Shown here piece by piece: positions 51,631-64,000 of a stretch of DNA of 64,000 bases (positions are counted from its first letter, which is position 1; each line of letters opens with the position of its first letter). The notes under the pieces are model-generated. The model was not told where the DNA came from, did not search any database, and saw nothing but the letters and a program-made list of their open reading frames with translations. Both the position numbers and the translations under genes were made by a program. Origin of the DNA: Guillardia theta CCMP2712 (lineage: Eukaryota; Protista; Cryptophyta); the NCBI RefSeq assembly GCF_000315625.1, contig NW_005434667.1, forward strand, positions 921,061 to 985,060. Direction: 5' to 3'.

Positions 51631-53141
51631 CTAGACCTCCTCCTCCTCCTCCTCGTCCCACTGCGCGAGTGTCAGGCGGGAAGCAAGTGGGAAGGGTTCA
51701 TTCTCACATTCATGAACGGGTTCCCCTTGCCCCAGTCCTCGTCGTCCAGCCCCATATCGAAGGAGCTGACGGGGGAAGTCGACTGAGAGTTGGGAGTCAC
51801 CAGATCCTCTAGAGGGACGAGCTCGCCGTTCTCTGAGAGAACAGGGTCAGACTAAGAGATCCGCTGTAGCGCATCTTACGCCAATGCTCCTCGAGGTCGT
51901 AGAATTCCCTCGCAGCAGCTGTCATGATGTTGACAATGACCTGGCGCAGCCATGAGAATCGATCCCTCTGCCAGCCACAACAGACCTCCCCGTAGTCGAG
52001 GAGGATCCACCCGCTGTCTGGGTTCCCTTGCCACTTGATCTCTCTGCCGTACTTTTCGTTCATGATGTCCTCCACCTGCATCACAGGCTCAGCAACCAGT
52101 CACTCCATGCTCAACCGTGGGGCCCTTACGTTAGCAGCGATAGCCTGGAGCATGGGTCGAGAGCTTCCCTGGCAGTTGATGAAGAACTCCGTCGAGTAGG
52201 TCAGATGAGACACCCTTGCAGCCCAGATCGACTCCGCCTGATAGTCAGGCAGAGATTAGCTCGACCTCGTTACATCCCGTGCATCGGGCTTCATCGCTTT
52301 GTTCACTTTGCTGCACTTTCTGGCCTTCAGACACTATCGGGCTATACCCTCTATCATCAGACGATTACCCCCCTCCCTCTCCCCCTTCCTCATCTTTGCA
52401 GAATTTCTCTCCTCAACCTCTCAGTCGTTCCCTTGTCTCACCTTCCTTTCATCCATCGCTCGAATGATATCTTGCACAAGGGGAAGGGATGGATCTTCAG
52501 CCAGCGGTCCTTCAGGTGCTCGCTTGGAGCTCACAGGTCCTGGTGTCGCAAGCTTGTATTGCTTGAAGGACGACGACGAAGGCGCTGAGGAACAGATGAC
52601 TGTCTGCCTCTTCGAGCTTGCTGGGTGCCTGCCAGCGGCACACACACGAGGTTTTGATGCTGGGCTACTGATGCGCATGCTGCCCCGCAACATGAAGGCC
52701 TCTGCAGCACCAAGAGCGGCCACAACCATCATCACCTGCGTTGAAGACCAACGTCAACTCGAGAGAAACAACACCATTTCTGTCCCTTCTAGGCGACTGT
52801 GATGATCTTATGTTCGGAAGCCACACTAGAGCAAGAATTGCATGAAGGTCTTACTTCTCACATTCCAGTCTTGTTTCTATTCTGTAACAATAGTGTTGTT
52901 CTCATGAGCTCTTCTCAATATCTAGAATGCATAGCTCCCTGAATTCATTCCGTTGTCTATCACCTCCCTCTCTACTCTTTGCAGGTGAATTTTTCTGTGT
53001 CATCTTTCTTCTCCCCGCCCCCTCTTCCTCCTCCCTTTTCATTTCATCTATCTCCTTCTCCTCCTCCTCCTCCTCCTCCTCCTCCTCCTCCTCCTCCTCC
53101 TCCTCCTCCTCCTCCTCCTCCTCCTCCCTCACCTTCGCCAT
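51631..53141 (-). CDS. rsfS: Plastid-targeted ribosomal silencing factor RsfS/Iojap
   Basis: MAK|VMMVVAALGAAEA|F targeting; AMDERK, VSHLTYSTEFFINCQGSS, QGNPDSGWILLDYGE|VIVNIMTAAAREFYDLEEHW. Confidence 0.92.
53057..53127 (+). repeat. (CCT)n tract in RsfS intron 1
   Basis: Read directly. Confidence 0.95.
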
Positions 53142-53164
53142 TCTTGTCGGGTGCATGTCCATAT

Positions 53165-53800
53165 CGGCCCCCGGTATTTGAGACCGTCCAGGACCACCCT
53201 ACCCCTGTTCCAACTCTTGTGCATCACGTTAGAGATATCTATGACCCCCCTTTTTTCCTTCACAGACCCGGTTTGACCACATGTGAAGAATACCCCACCT
53301 ATGCTGCGACCCCCCATCGGTCATGACTACCCCCTTAACTGCATGTGGACCCAGGACAGAACTACTACCCCGTCTTTTCATTATCAATCACACCGGTATT
53401 GGAGGATGAGTCATTACCCACCATGAATATACCCCTACGGTATCAGATTCATCAGTACCTCCCTTTTCTGCTTTGTGTACCCACCACTATGTAGTTAATC
53501 GTATTACCCTAATGTTGATGTACCCATGATTTATCTACCCCTACCCCCAAAGTAATTCATGGAATGAACGAGGGATGGTATACCGACCCAGGTTGAAGAA
53601 ATGGGGTACGATACCAATAAATGGGGTGTACTTAATGAAGGGGTACTTTTTTCAGTGGATATGGTGGGTATGTCACATAGAAAATGGGGGTATAGTTGTG
53701 AAATGCACGGGTGAATACAGGAGTAATAGGGTACATGATTCTCGGGGTGGGTGGCATAAGTGTGGAGGTGCTATGGCGCCTCGGTGGAAACTTTGAGGAC
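53165..53800. promoter_or_regulatory. Bidirectional spacer: ACCCC-rich left half, GGGGT-rich right half
   Basis: Between divergent RsfS and 54002 genes; polarity flips near 53560. Confidence 0.5.
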
Positions 53801-54001
53801 GGAAAGAGGAGAGGAGGAGAGGAGGAGAGGAGAGGAGGAGAAGAGAGGGCTCATAGTCAGAGCTGAACAGCAAGAAGAGACAACCAGGACGAGGATTTTC
53901 AAGTGATAGAGCATAAGGATCCATCCTTGTACCTCGAAGCGGAAGAACTTTCGCTGAAGTGAGGCTAGGTTGGCGAATCAAGCCCTGAAGGACTAGACAG
54001 C

Positions 54002-56858
54002 ATGGCCACGATGACAGACCACCTGAAGAAGATCTCCCTCGATGCGGAGGCCGTTGTTTCAGCGACTCTTGCACTGTCAAGAAGGGGCAGGGAAGGTGAT
54101 GGGACGGCGGTTACGTCGGAACCAACCAGGGCGATCACCCACAAGGATCAGGATCTTGTCCGAGAACTTGCAGCAGCTCAGGCGATTATTCGTGATCATG
54201 AAGCTAAGGTCGGTGAATGGAAGAAGAAAGTCGAGGACGCAGAAGAGGCACAGAAGGTGGCCGGCATTTCCTTCCAGAAGATGCGCAAAGACTCGGAGAT
54301 CTTTCAGATTCAGTACAAGAAGATGGAAGCCGATCTTGAGGTGATGAAGGCAGAGAAGTTGGCAGCAGAGCAGAAAGCAGAAGATGCTGAGAAGGGGCAC
54401 GGGCTTCGGGAGCAAGTTGACTCACTGAGGGCAGAATTGAAAGTAGCCAAGGAGCAGCTGAAGGAAGTGGTCCCTGCCAGCCAACATGACATTGTGGTGG
54501 GCGAATTGAAGCAAGTGAAGGAAAAGCTGACGGAAACCGAGAACGAGTTAACACAGGTAGGTTTCTTTTCATGAAGCACAGATAGTTTTTGAAGACTTCA
54601 CTTGAATAGGCCAAGCAAAAAGTTAATGCGCTTACAGCTGAGAAGGAAGATCTGGATAGGAAATTTGGCTTGGTATTTCACCTGATCCGTTGCATGTATT
54701 CCTAATAATATTTAAAACAAGGTCAGAGAAACAGGGAAAAAGCTTGAAGAACAGAATAAGAAGCGAAAAGAACAAAATCAAGCCCTTTTGAAGGAGAAGG
54801 ACAAGTCAGTATAGCAGTGTTGTAGTTATTCTGGTGTTGATTTGCATTCGCAGCCTGCAACAGGAGTTGAATGTCCTGAAAGCTCGTCCAGACTCAGCTG
54901 TGAGGGTTGAGGGAGGTGCAGAAGCTTCTTCTAGTGAAGTCGAATCCCTCAAGGCTCAAATCTCTCAGTTGCAAGTGAGGAACCACAACTGCTGTGAAGG
55001 ATGAGGTTGACTGACCAAATGGACTAGGCTGAGCTTCAACAAGAGCAGTCCAAGCAACCTGGTACTGCAGAACCATCGAGTATTGAGATCGAAAAGATCA
55101 AGGAGGTTGGTCAAGCCTGTTGTATTTGAGCCGGTATTGAGTGATGAACAGACTTTTAAGCAAGATGAAAAGCGACTTCAAGAGGTATGCAATTGTGTTT
55201 TTCAAATTGTTCATACATGCTAAAGCAAGTGTATGAAACAGGAAATTCAAAGTTTAAAGCAGAAGCTTGAAGACGAGAAGCAGAATTACAACAAGGTTTT
55301 CCTGCGATCTCCCTACCTTGCGCATTCATTCCGCTTTCGTAGGCGAAGAATCTTGCGCATACCTTGACACAAAAATTGAAGAAATTTCAAACTCCTGCGG
55401 CAAAACCAGATCAAGAGAAAAAAGCAGAATTGGTCACTGAAGTTGTTGCTGCCCAACCTCCGGCAGTGAATGCCGCAAAGGTAACAAGCAAGTTCTTGTT
55501 GTAGGCCGAGTTTGACAGCTTGCAAGGATCCTGTTCAACCCGCCGCCCCTTCAAGCTCTACAACACCAGCTCCTCCACCGGCTGAGGTCCAGTATTACAC
55601 CTGCTGCAACTCACCTGAACTCCCCGCAGACTACCATTGTTGGAACTGTGAAGGTTGGTACTGCTGCTGCTCCAGTGACGAAACCAACTCCACAGGGAGC
55701 ACAGGTACATCTGATTGGCATATTTGAAATTGTTTTGTGAGTCTTGACTTGCTTCAAGATTGCAAAAATTCTCGGAATGGGCAACAAACAACCTGGACCA
55801 GGAGGGCAGGTGCAACAAATTGCTGATGGTATGGTCCTTTGGTTCCTAATACTTGCCGAGCAGGCCGGAAAGCAAGCTCCAGCTGGACAGGCGAAGGTGG
55901 GAGCGATTTCGAAGGTCAACGATGATTCTGCTTGCCAGAACAATCAGATGCAGGGACAGAAGAAGGCCCCCGGTCAACACGCAGCTGTAAATTCTTTCTC
56001 GTTCCCTGCTATGAGGGACTTGATTGTTCCATACTGCCAGGCTGGTCAAACTCCGAAGCAGTCACCAGCAGCTCAACAGGTGAACAAGCGCAAAGAGCGT
56101 CCTGTCGCTGTCACTGACTTCTGCGATAGGCCGGCGGCAGCCCAGGGAAAGTTCAGCTGAACAAGGTTTGAGCTCCGGTCAGCTCGTGAAGCAGTGGAAT
56201 GATTCTTCATCTTCCTCAGGCTCCACCTGCTGCCACTGCTGCCAAGACGGCGAGCCCGCCCCAGCCTACAGATGCTCAGCCGCCCACTGCTGCCACTGGA
56301 GCAGCGAAGCCGCAGGCGGGAGGGGCACACGTGGCCTCGAGCGCGGAGAACCTTCTCCGTCAGAAGCTCCTGCAAGCACAGCAGCAGAAGAAGAATGCCG
56401 TAAGTCGCCCACTAGTTGTCATGCTTCCACGACCAGCTCCTCTTCACTTTAGTCTTATCTCTCTCATCGATCTCTCGCCTCGCTCGCCTCTGATTGTTTC
56501 TTCCAGGCCGCTGCTACCGAAGCCAAACAAGATGCTGCCCCAGACGCAGCTGAAGGTTGTCATGTGATATGAGGGCGGAAGTGAAGTCTACTGACAACAG
56601 CTTAGCAACGGCTGGAAAGAGGCTGCGTTCGACCGTCGAGGTGAGCTCCACCTCCTCAGTTGGCCGTCAGCTGGGGTGTGACGAGGATCTCTGCAGGAGT
56701 CGGAGGCGAAAAGCGGAAACGAGGGCGACACGTACGTGCCATGCTGCCTCTCCTCTTTCGATCTCATTTTGACGAGCAGAGGCTCTGCTGGAGATACTCC
56801 GGGCGAGCAAGACGAGAGCAAGAGAGCGCGAAGGATCATTTCATTGAAGAAGAAATGA
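54002..56858 (+). CDS. Coiled-coil protein with an A/P/Q/G-rich tail built from many micro-exons
   Basis: MATMTDHLKK..., heptad-rich exons, tiny exons (e.g. AGKQAPAGQAK, AGQTPKQSPAAQQ); ends KRARRIISLKKK* (NLS-like). Confidence 0.75.
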
Positions 56859-56966
56859 AAATTTCCATGGTGCTGGAAGAGCGCGGCTCGTCTCATTTCA
56901 CTTCATTTTCCTTCCTCCTCCTGTCTCCCCACCAGCTTCTCCTCTTCCATCTCGTCGTTCTCTGTC

Positions 56967-57090
56967 TCACGCGTTCCCGGGGATGGCTGAGCTGGGACGA
57001 GGCACTCGTGATCTTCCGAGCTTGCTGCTGGTGGTCGGCGTGTCCTTCCTAAGGGCAGAGGAGGGACGAGAAATCTGCGACAAGCTCAGT

Positions 57091-57137
<47 letters not shown>

Positions 57138-60100
57138 AAGTCAGAGGCAGCCATGACTCACCAATGGGTCTCGTCCAGGGGGAGCTGATTGAGGACGAGG
57201 GGGGCGGTGAAAGGAGGTCAACTCGCGCATCTTGGCCACTTGACTTTTCCTGCGGTGAGGTCACGAGCAAGGAGGAGGAGGAGGAGGAGGAGGAGGTGGT
57301 GGTGGTGGAGGAGGAGGAGGAGGAGGTGGTGGTGGTGTTGGAGGAGGAGTCAGGGGAAGTAGTTCGACACAAGATAGACATGAGGAGGGGAAGGAGGAGG
57401 AGGAGAAGGAAACCTGCTCTTGCTAGCCCTTGTTCTCTCCGGCAGTTCCGCAACGTCCTCCTCCTCCTCCTCTATAGACCTCGACTGGTCCTCTTTCTTT
57501 CCCAATCGAGCCACAACAGCCTCATAAGCATCAGCCGCTCCTCGAGAGATTGCCATGACGTTCTCTGCGAGCAGAGTGAATTGACGTTCTCTTCCCCCTC
57601 CTCCCCCTCCTCCTCCTCCTCCCTCTCTCCCTCCCTCCTTTAGGTCTATTCTGCTTTTCCTCCCCGTCCTATTCTATTCTGCTTTTCCTCCCCGTCCTCG
57701 CACTCACTCATCTGCTTCAGCTCCACTGTCATCCGCCTATTCGCCTCCTCGAGCTCGGAAATGCGCGACACTGTCGTCCCATCGACCGTCTCTTCCCACG
57801 CCTGCGGCTGCTTCGACGCCTTCTCTTCCTCCCGGTCCTCCAGCAGCTCATCGGGGATGATATCAAGCCTTGCAGACCGTCGGCCAACAGCAGAGAAGGG
57901 GCGGAGGGGGACGCGCGACGCTCTGAAGGGAATCTGATCCTCCTCGTCCATCTCAGTGACGCTCATCTCTTCCTCGTGCTGGAGGATCGAGCTGACGCTG
58001 TAAGCAGAGTTCCGTCTCCTCGTGGGGGAGGCGGGAGGAGAGGAAACGCTCCCTGTCATAGAGCCCCTGCGCTGGGGTGGAGATTCCATGGGGGAGGTGG
58101 CACGTCGGTGAGGTGCTACTGTCTCCTCCTGCTGGGAAACCAAGTCGAGGAGCTCCGAGTTCGCGTCCTCGGCCTGGCATGAGAATGAGAGGAAGGGAGG
58201 AGCAGGAGGAGTGTGGGAGAAGTGCAGGAGCGAGGGAAGGGAGAGGGGAAGTGGAGATGAAGGGCAGGGGAGGTGGAGCAGAAAGAGGAACAGGAAGAGG
58301 GGAGGAGTAGAGGACGAAGAAGAAAGGGGTGGGGAATGGGGAATGACCAGATGAAGCTTGTGATGTAGTTCGTTGATCTTTTCAGACAGTTGCTGCGGAA
58401 AAAGGTGATTAGGAGAAATAAAAACGCAAGATATGCACAGGAGCAGGAGCAGGAGCAGGAGCAGCACGAGAGATGGAGAATCGATCATAACTCACCATCT
58501 TTTCGTTGAGAAAGTTCTTCTCTGACAACTTTGAATTCAAGTTCGAGGATGAGAGACGCTTGATTCTGACAGAACAGGATCAGGTACAGACAAATACTAG
58601 AACTAGCGCAGACAATCTCTATCTGCAAGAAGCATTTTTACCTTGTTGTCAACTGTTGGATTTCCTTGTCTTTCTCTTTGACCTGTCATCCACTCAGCCA
58701 CAAACATTATTGCTGTCTTAGACATCTTGCCAGGTCCTTGTAATATGAAACAGAGAGTTGTTCAGCAATGTGACGAACGTCGACAATGTTCTTCTGTTTC
58801 TCTTCTCTCTGCACGAAAGGTTACAAACATACTCAAAAGTCCCAATCGTCTCACCTCCATCCCCTGCTTCTTGACAGCTTCATACAGTTTCTTGTATTTG
58901 TCTCTCCACTGAGGTGCCAAGGTGACAAGGTTGAGATAGCGATCATTGAGATGAAACAGGCAGATGAAATAACAAGAGAAAAAACGAAGACAAGAAGAAA
59001 AGCTTGTACGGAAGAGAACAGCATCAGTACAACAACAATTTAAATCGCTGACGATCATTGATATACACATCATCTTTCTTTACATCACTGGCGATCAATG
59101 AACTGCACATCATTTTTCAGTACCTCCGCTGCATCCTTCTCGTTCTTCTCTGCCGCCTTCTGCAGTGAACGGATCTTTGCTTCCAATTCCTTCACATGAC
59201 GTGAACAACAAGAAGAGCTCAGGCAGGTATTTGTTCACCTCAACTTGTTTGGACTTGGTCTGGTGCAGCTTCTCAAACCTCTGAGCTTTCATCTGTCAAT
59301 GCGCATCAGTGTTTTATTCCCTTGAAGATGGTTGGCTACTTGTTCTGATTGAAAGCTGGTGGAGGTGTAGGCAGTCCTTGCCTGTATATCCCATGAATGG
59401 CATGAAACAAGTGTTGTTACATCACATTCTTCAACTCCAACTCCAACAACTTCAGCTTCGCTTGTAAACTTTCATTCTCTGCCTGGTGCGTCCGATAAGA
59501 AACTCCAGCAAGACTTTGTTGGACCTGATTACCTCAATCATTGCTAACTTCTTAATCTCATTCTTGTAATGCGACGTCTTGGCATTGTGCTGAGCCTAAT
59601 GGAAGGAAAATTGACAAGGTCGACAACGAGTCTTTAAATTTCACCTCGAGTTTCTTTCTTGATAACAAATTTTCGGCCTTGAGAGTCTGAATCTCACTTT
59701 CTGCGAATCATCATCATCATAAGTTTTTTCAAACCCTAAACCCCTAAACCCTAAACCCTGCCAGGCTAGCCTATCCTCCTCCTCCTCCTCCTCCTCCTCC
59801 TCCTCCTCCTCCTCCTCCTCCTCCTCCTCCTCCTTGTCTCAACCACCATCATCACTTACCCAGCCCTGAAACTCTTAGCACTTGTGCCTCCTGCTGCTTC
59901 AACTGACGCTCCTTCTCCTCGATCACCCTCTGAAGCTTCTCGTTCTCTTCCCCTTTAGCCCTCATCTGCAGCACCAGCGCCATCTGGTCGCTCTTTACTT
60001 GATCGATCAGATTCTTTGTGTCCGTTAGAGCTGAATCCTTGGCGAGCTCCGCGTCCTGCTCATGTCTCACTCCCTCCTCCTCCCCAGCTCTTCCCTCGGG

Positions 60101-60866
60101 ACCTCGAGCTTGTCCTTTGCTTCCTCCGCAATGCTCAATGCTCGCAGCTGCCCATCCTGTGCCTGATTTCAAACCATGTCACCTTACACCCAGCATATCC
60201 CCAGCAATCTACAGCCTCACCGCCTGCACTTTCTCCTTGAGATCTTTCGCATTTCTCTGCGCTTCCTCATACGCAAGTTTGAGCTGGCAAGAAAGTCATG
60301 GAGATCCGCCTCTTCTCCATCATCCCGACAGTCACCTGAGCACGAAGTTCGAGCTCCGAGTCTTCGTAGGAAGACAGCAAACTTCTGATGTGCGTTCGGA
60401 TGTACGAGAGGATCACCTTCAAGAACTCCATCACAACCTGTCTGCAAGAATTGACAATATCTCACCATCGGATTCGCCTTGTTGAGCGCGCGATGCTCTG
60501 CTTCCATTTCCTCGGACTGGAACGGCAAATGTCAGGACTCCTTGCTGTGCCCTCAGATTGCAGTCGCAGATTCATCACCACTGTCAGCGCCTTCCTTTCC
60601 TTGATCTCGATGAACAGGGACACGAGAGCTGCAGAAATTGAGTGCAACAACTTCTGCTCCGTGCTCCCTCTGTCCTTTTGTGCGAGCAGCTCAGCATACT
60701 TTGTCCGCTGGGATTGAACTTCCTTCTCATGGGAAGAGATTAGCTCACGAACCCGACTCTGAAGAGACTCTTTCTCGAACTGCAGTCGTTCAATCAGCTT
60801 CTTGTTTTCTAGCGCCTCCAGTTTCGATGAGCTCTGTTTGCCTTCCTTCTTCTCCTTCCCCTCCAT
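56967..60866 (-). CDS. Long coiled-coil protein
   Basis: MEGKEKKEGK...IERLQFEKESLQSRVREL; many heptad exons; last exon ISRPSSALRK...RPSSAIPGNA*. Confidence 0.75.
59731..59759 (+). repeat. Interstitial telomere-like (CCCTAAA)n tract, about 4 units, intronic, followed by (CCT)n
   Basis: aaaccctaaacccctaaaccctaaaccct. Confidence 0.85.
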
Positions 60867-61319
60867 TTTCGAACGAGCAGCAATCTATTCCGGCGAGTTT
60901 CACAGCGAAGCGGCGATCCCAATTGTCAGATCTTGAGTCTTATGAAGCATTGAGCCTGAGGTCACCTCTAAGTACATATCAGAGCTCTCATCTCTCATCT
61001 CATCGTCGCTGCCTCTCCTCCTCGCCATCTTCTATCGCCAGCTCCCATCGACCGCATTTCGACTCGCCCTCCCGACATACATGGGACCGTTGAAACTCAT
61101 CACCCTCCTTCACCAGTTGTGCCCCTCGTCCCCCTGCTCGTCCCCATTCAACTCCGAGCCTGCCTCAGCTGCAATTCCGACTACCCAGTGGGGGGTCCTT
61201 AAAGTTACGACGGATTCAGTACGGGTCCATTGACAATCAAATATACGGGTACATAGTTACATTTAACAAAACGAGGGGGTGGGGTTAGGTTTCGGATGCG
61301 GGCTACTTGGCGGGAAGCC

Positions 61320-62298
61320 ATGGGAGGACGAGGCGCTCTGATTGTGCTGGAGGGACTGGACAGGTCAGGGAAGTCGACTCAGGTACGAGAAGTATGCTGT
61401 GTCCTGCGATAGCCACCTCTTGAAGTATGCTGTGTCCTGCGATCGCCACCTCTTGAAGTATGCTGTGTCCTGCGATCGCCACCTCTTGAAGTATGCTGTG
61501 TCCTGCGATGGGGTATCCCTTGTGTGGAGGAAGTGGAAGGCGTCATGGAGGAGCGAGTGCTCCTAACATACATCGTCTAGGTGATCCGGCTCGTAGAAAA
61601 GTTGGTTTCCATGGGAAAGAAGGCCTCGAAAATGAATTTCCCAGACCGAACTACGACGGTAGGGGGTCTTATCAACGAGTACCTGCAGAGCGGGAAGGAC
61701 TTGGGTAACAGTTGGGTGCATGCGACATACTGTGATTCTGCTTCAGATGACGCCGTAATCCACCTGCTCTTTTCTGCCAATCGCTGGGAAGCCACGAGAT
61801 CGATTCGCGACCGCCTCTCATCTGGAGAGACCTTGATTGTAGATAGATACGCGTACTCTGGTGTGGCCTTCAGTGCCGCCAAGGGGACGCTGGACATCGA
61901 ATGGTGCAAAGGCCCAGACAGGGGTCTACCAGCACCAGACTGCGTCATTTATCTTGATGTCTCTTCGGTATGCAGCATTGTCATGCTGATATGAGACGTG
62001 CTCTTGATCTCGCCGCCAGGATGTTGCAAAGCAAAGGGGGGGGTACGGAGAGGAACGTTACGAGAAAGAAGAGTTCCAAAAGAAGGTCTGCAATGTTGAA
62101 TGATTCCATGCGAAAGAGATGAAAGGAGTTTAGGTGCGAACCTGCTTCGAAGCATTGATGTCACAAGAGCCTGCAATGTGGAGACGAGTGGATGCAAACA
62201 AGACTATGGATGAGGTCACCGAAGAGATTGAAGGGATTGCCACAAAAATCGTTGACCAAGTGACCGACAAACCTATCGGCTCACTGTGGACGAAATGA
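61320..62298 (+). CDS. DTYMK: Thymidylate kinase (dTMP kinase)
   Basis: RGALIVLEGLDRSGKSTQ, FPDRTT, IHLLFSANRWE, VDRYAYSGVAFS, GLPAPD, RGGYGEERYE. Confidence 0.97.
61389..61509 (+). repeat. 33-bp minisatellite, about 3.6 copies, in TMPK intron 1
   Basis: Unit gaagtatgctgtgtcctgcgatcgccacctctt. Confidence 0.95.
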
Positions 62299-62549
62299 AT
62301 TTAACCGTCGCAAACTGATGGAATGCACTGAAAATTCACGTCTTTTTATGCACAAATGCTGCTCGTTATTCCCTTCAGCAGCAGAACAACGCTCACAGGA
62401 TTGCAATGACGAATTTTGTGCCGACTGCGTCGAAGAGACCATCGGTGTTTATCATTCGGATGCAGCCACCGTAAGTGTTCGTTTCGGCGAGTCTCATTTA
62501 CTAATGGCTGGACGCTCTCCGTGCCCCTTCACACTGGGCGCCCCGATAA

Positions 62550-62960
62550 ACCGTGACTCTGTGACTGCACAGCGACGCAATCAGCCGGGCAGCTGAGTTG
62601 AAATTGAGCAGATCATGTGACAGATTATGCTTTGATCCATCGCTACCGGGCCTCAGGGCCTTCTTGGGCCAGTGCTACATACAAGTTCCTGATCAGGAAT
62701 CGGACTCCGGGACACAATCCACCGTGGCACCGTAGGCCGGCGGGTTCACGGTTGGCCGGGCGGCGGGACGGTGTCCGACTCGCGCATCACTGAGTGATGA
62801 TCAAACCGGGCCGGGCAGTGCCACTGAGTCCGAACTTTACTTGAACTTCACTGAGACTGAATGCCTGGGGACGTGACTGGGCCGAGAGGGAGATATGACC
62901 ACCAGGGCCAGGCGGCTGAAAAATTGTCGGACGGTACGGAGTCCCTACCCGAGTTCAGTG
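62550..62960. promoter_or_regulatory. GC-rich GAGTC/CCGG non-coding island
   Basis: Same motif vocabulary as the islands near 10 kb and 20.4 kb; followed abruptly by AT-rich DNA. Confidence 0.35.
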
Positions 62961-64000
62961 AAAAAGCTAATTCAATGGTTGAAATTTGAACATGTCTGTG
63001 TCAATTTGAAATTTGACCACAACAATAACTTGAACCGGAATGCTAGATAATTTTTAGATTTTAAAAATTAAGTTGTACTTTTCAATTCTTACTGGAAATA
63101 ATATCTGAATTTTGAGTCCTAAAGCATTAACTGCAATTGAGATACCTACTAAAATAAAATCTCTATATATGATTTTACATGTGATATAGAAAATAAAATG
63201 TTTTTAGTATTCCCCGCTTTCATGCACTCGTAGTGCAGATGCTTATGATGTTTTCAAATAGTGGATTCGGCGGACACGTTTTCTCTGGTCCTCCTCCTTA
63301 CAATGGTCTTCGTCGCCATCACTCCTTTCATTGTCGCCCCATCTTGCTGTCCTCTACCCCAGCAGCTTCCCCCGTATGCTTCATCTTCTTTTCCTTCTCG
63401 TTCTCATGGCAAAGTACTTCCTTTTGCCCTGTATCTCCCAAATACGCCCCTCATCTGCTTACTCGCGTTTCGTCTCCTTTTTTACCTCCACACTACCATC
63501 AACTTCATCCATTTGTACTTCTATTCTGTATCCATGTATCTGTTCAAGACTGTATGAACTCCTTCTGCATGCTCATCACGAGCTCAATTCTCTCTCCGAT
63601 ATGTTTTGACTTTCATTTCTCTCACGGTCATCTTGTGCTCTATGAAAACTTCAAACTTTCATATCTCGGATTTCAGACAATTTCAATTAGGTTCTTGTCC
63701 CATCAATTTCCTTCCTTTTGATGATGTTGAGCCTACACAGCACTGTGGCATCTGTCACCCTTCATCTTGTTGATGTTGTCGGTAATGAATCACCCCATCA
63801 CTTTCTGTGCGATTATCATTCAAATCTTGTCTAAATTTGACACTCTAAAATTGACACTTCTTTATTGAAAAATATGTGAAGATAACCAGAAGAACAATTG
63901 ATGATAACTAGGTAGTCACTGACAAGTTGCTCGTGATTGGCAGGTTGCATGAAACAAGGTCCAAGTAAAGCGACAGCTTGAAACTGATTTTGTCTTAAAA

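Noticed and set aside
55512-55727. Cys-rich peptide YYTCCNS...CWNCEGWYCCC resembling a toxin or metallothionein
   Set aside because: It arises from reading through a GT-AG intron and then out of frame in the next exon (TTIVGTVKVGTAAAP).
61389-61509. 33-bp repeats as a CRISPR array
   Set aside because: Head-to-tail with no spacers, intronic, eukaryotic context, no cas genes.
63233-63721. Hydrophobic plus-strand ORFs
   Set aside because: All three frames are open because of pyrimidine bias; no domain or splice evidence.

Overview
Gene-dense eukaryotic nuclear DNA with very many short spliceosomal introns (mostly about 40-55 nt, GT-AG and some GC-AG), microsatellites, and two 100-N assembly gaps. 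Signal peptide + Ala|Phe plastid-targeting N-termini, the intron style and a (CCCTAAA)n tract point to an alga with a red-derived complex plastid. A cryptophyte such as Guillardia is my inference, not a verified result. Splicing by hand gives about 28 protein-coding genes. Recognisable ones: MLH1, NIPA Mg transporter, plastid LON-domain protein, mitochondrial mL41, NEK-like kinase, ankyrin protein, PDZ/coiled-coil protein, cytosolic TrpRS, SAM methyltransferase, AP-4 epsilon, plastid RsfS/Iojap and thymidylate kinase. Main observations: (1) every gene lies on the opposite strand to its neighbour across the window, with C-rich-then-G-rich spacers between many head-to-head pairs; (2) a protein fuses an aegerolysin-like domain to a catalytically dead sphingomyelinase-like EEP domain; (3) a signal-bearing precursor carries two identical peptide cassettes flanked by basic linkers, from a near-perfect duplication that includes an intron. 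Exon boundaries are hand-inferred and gene ends are approximate where stated.
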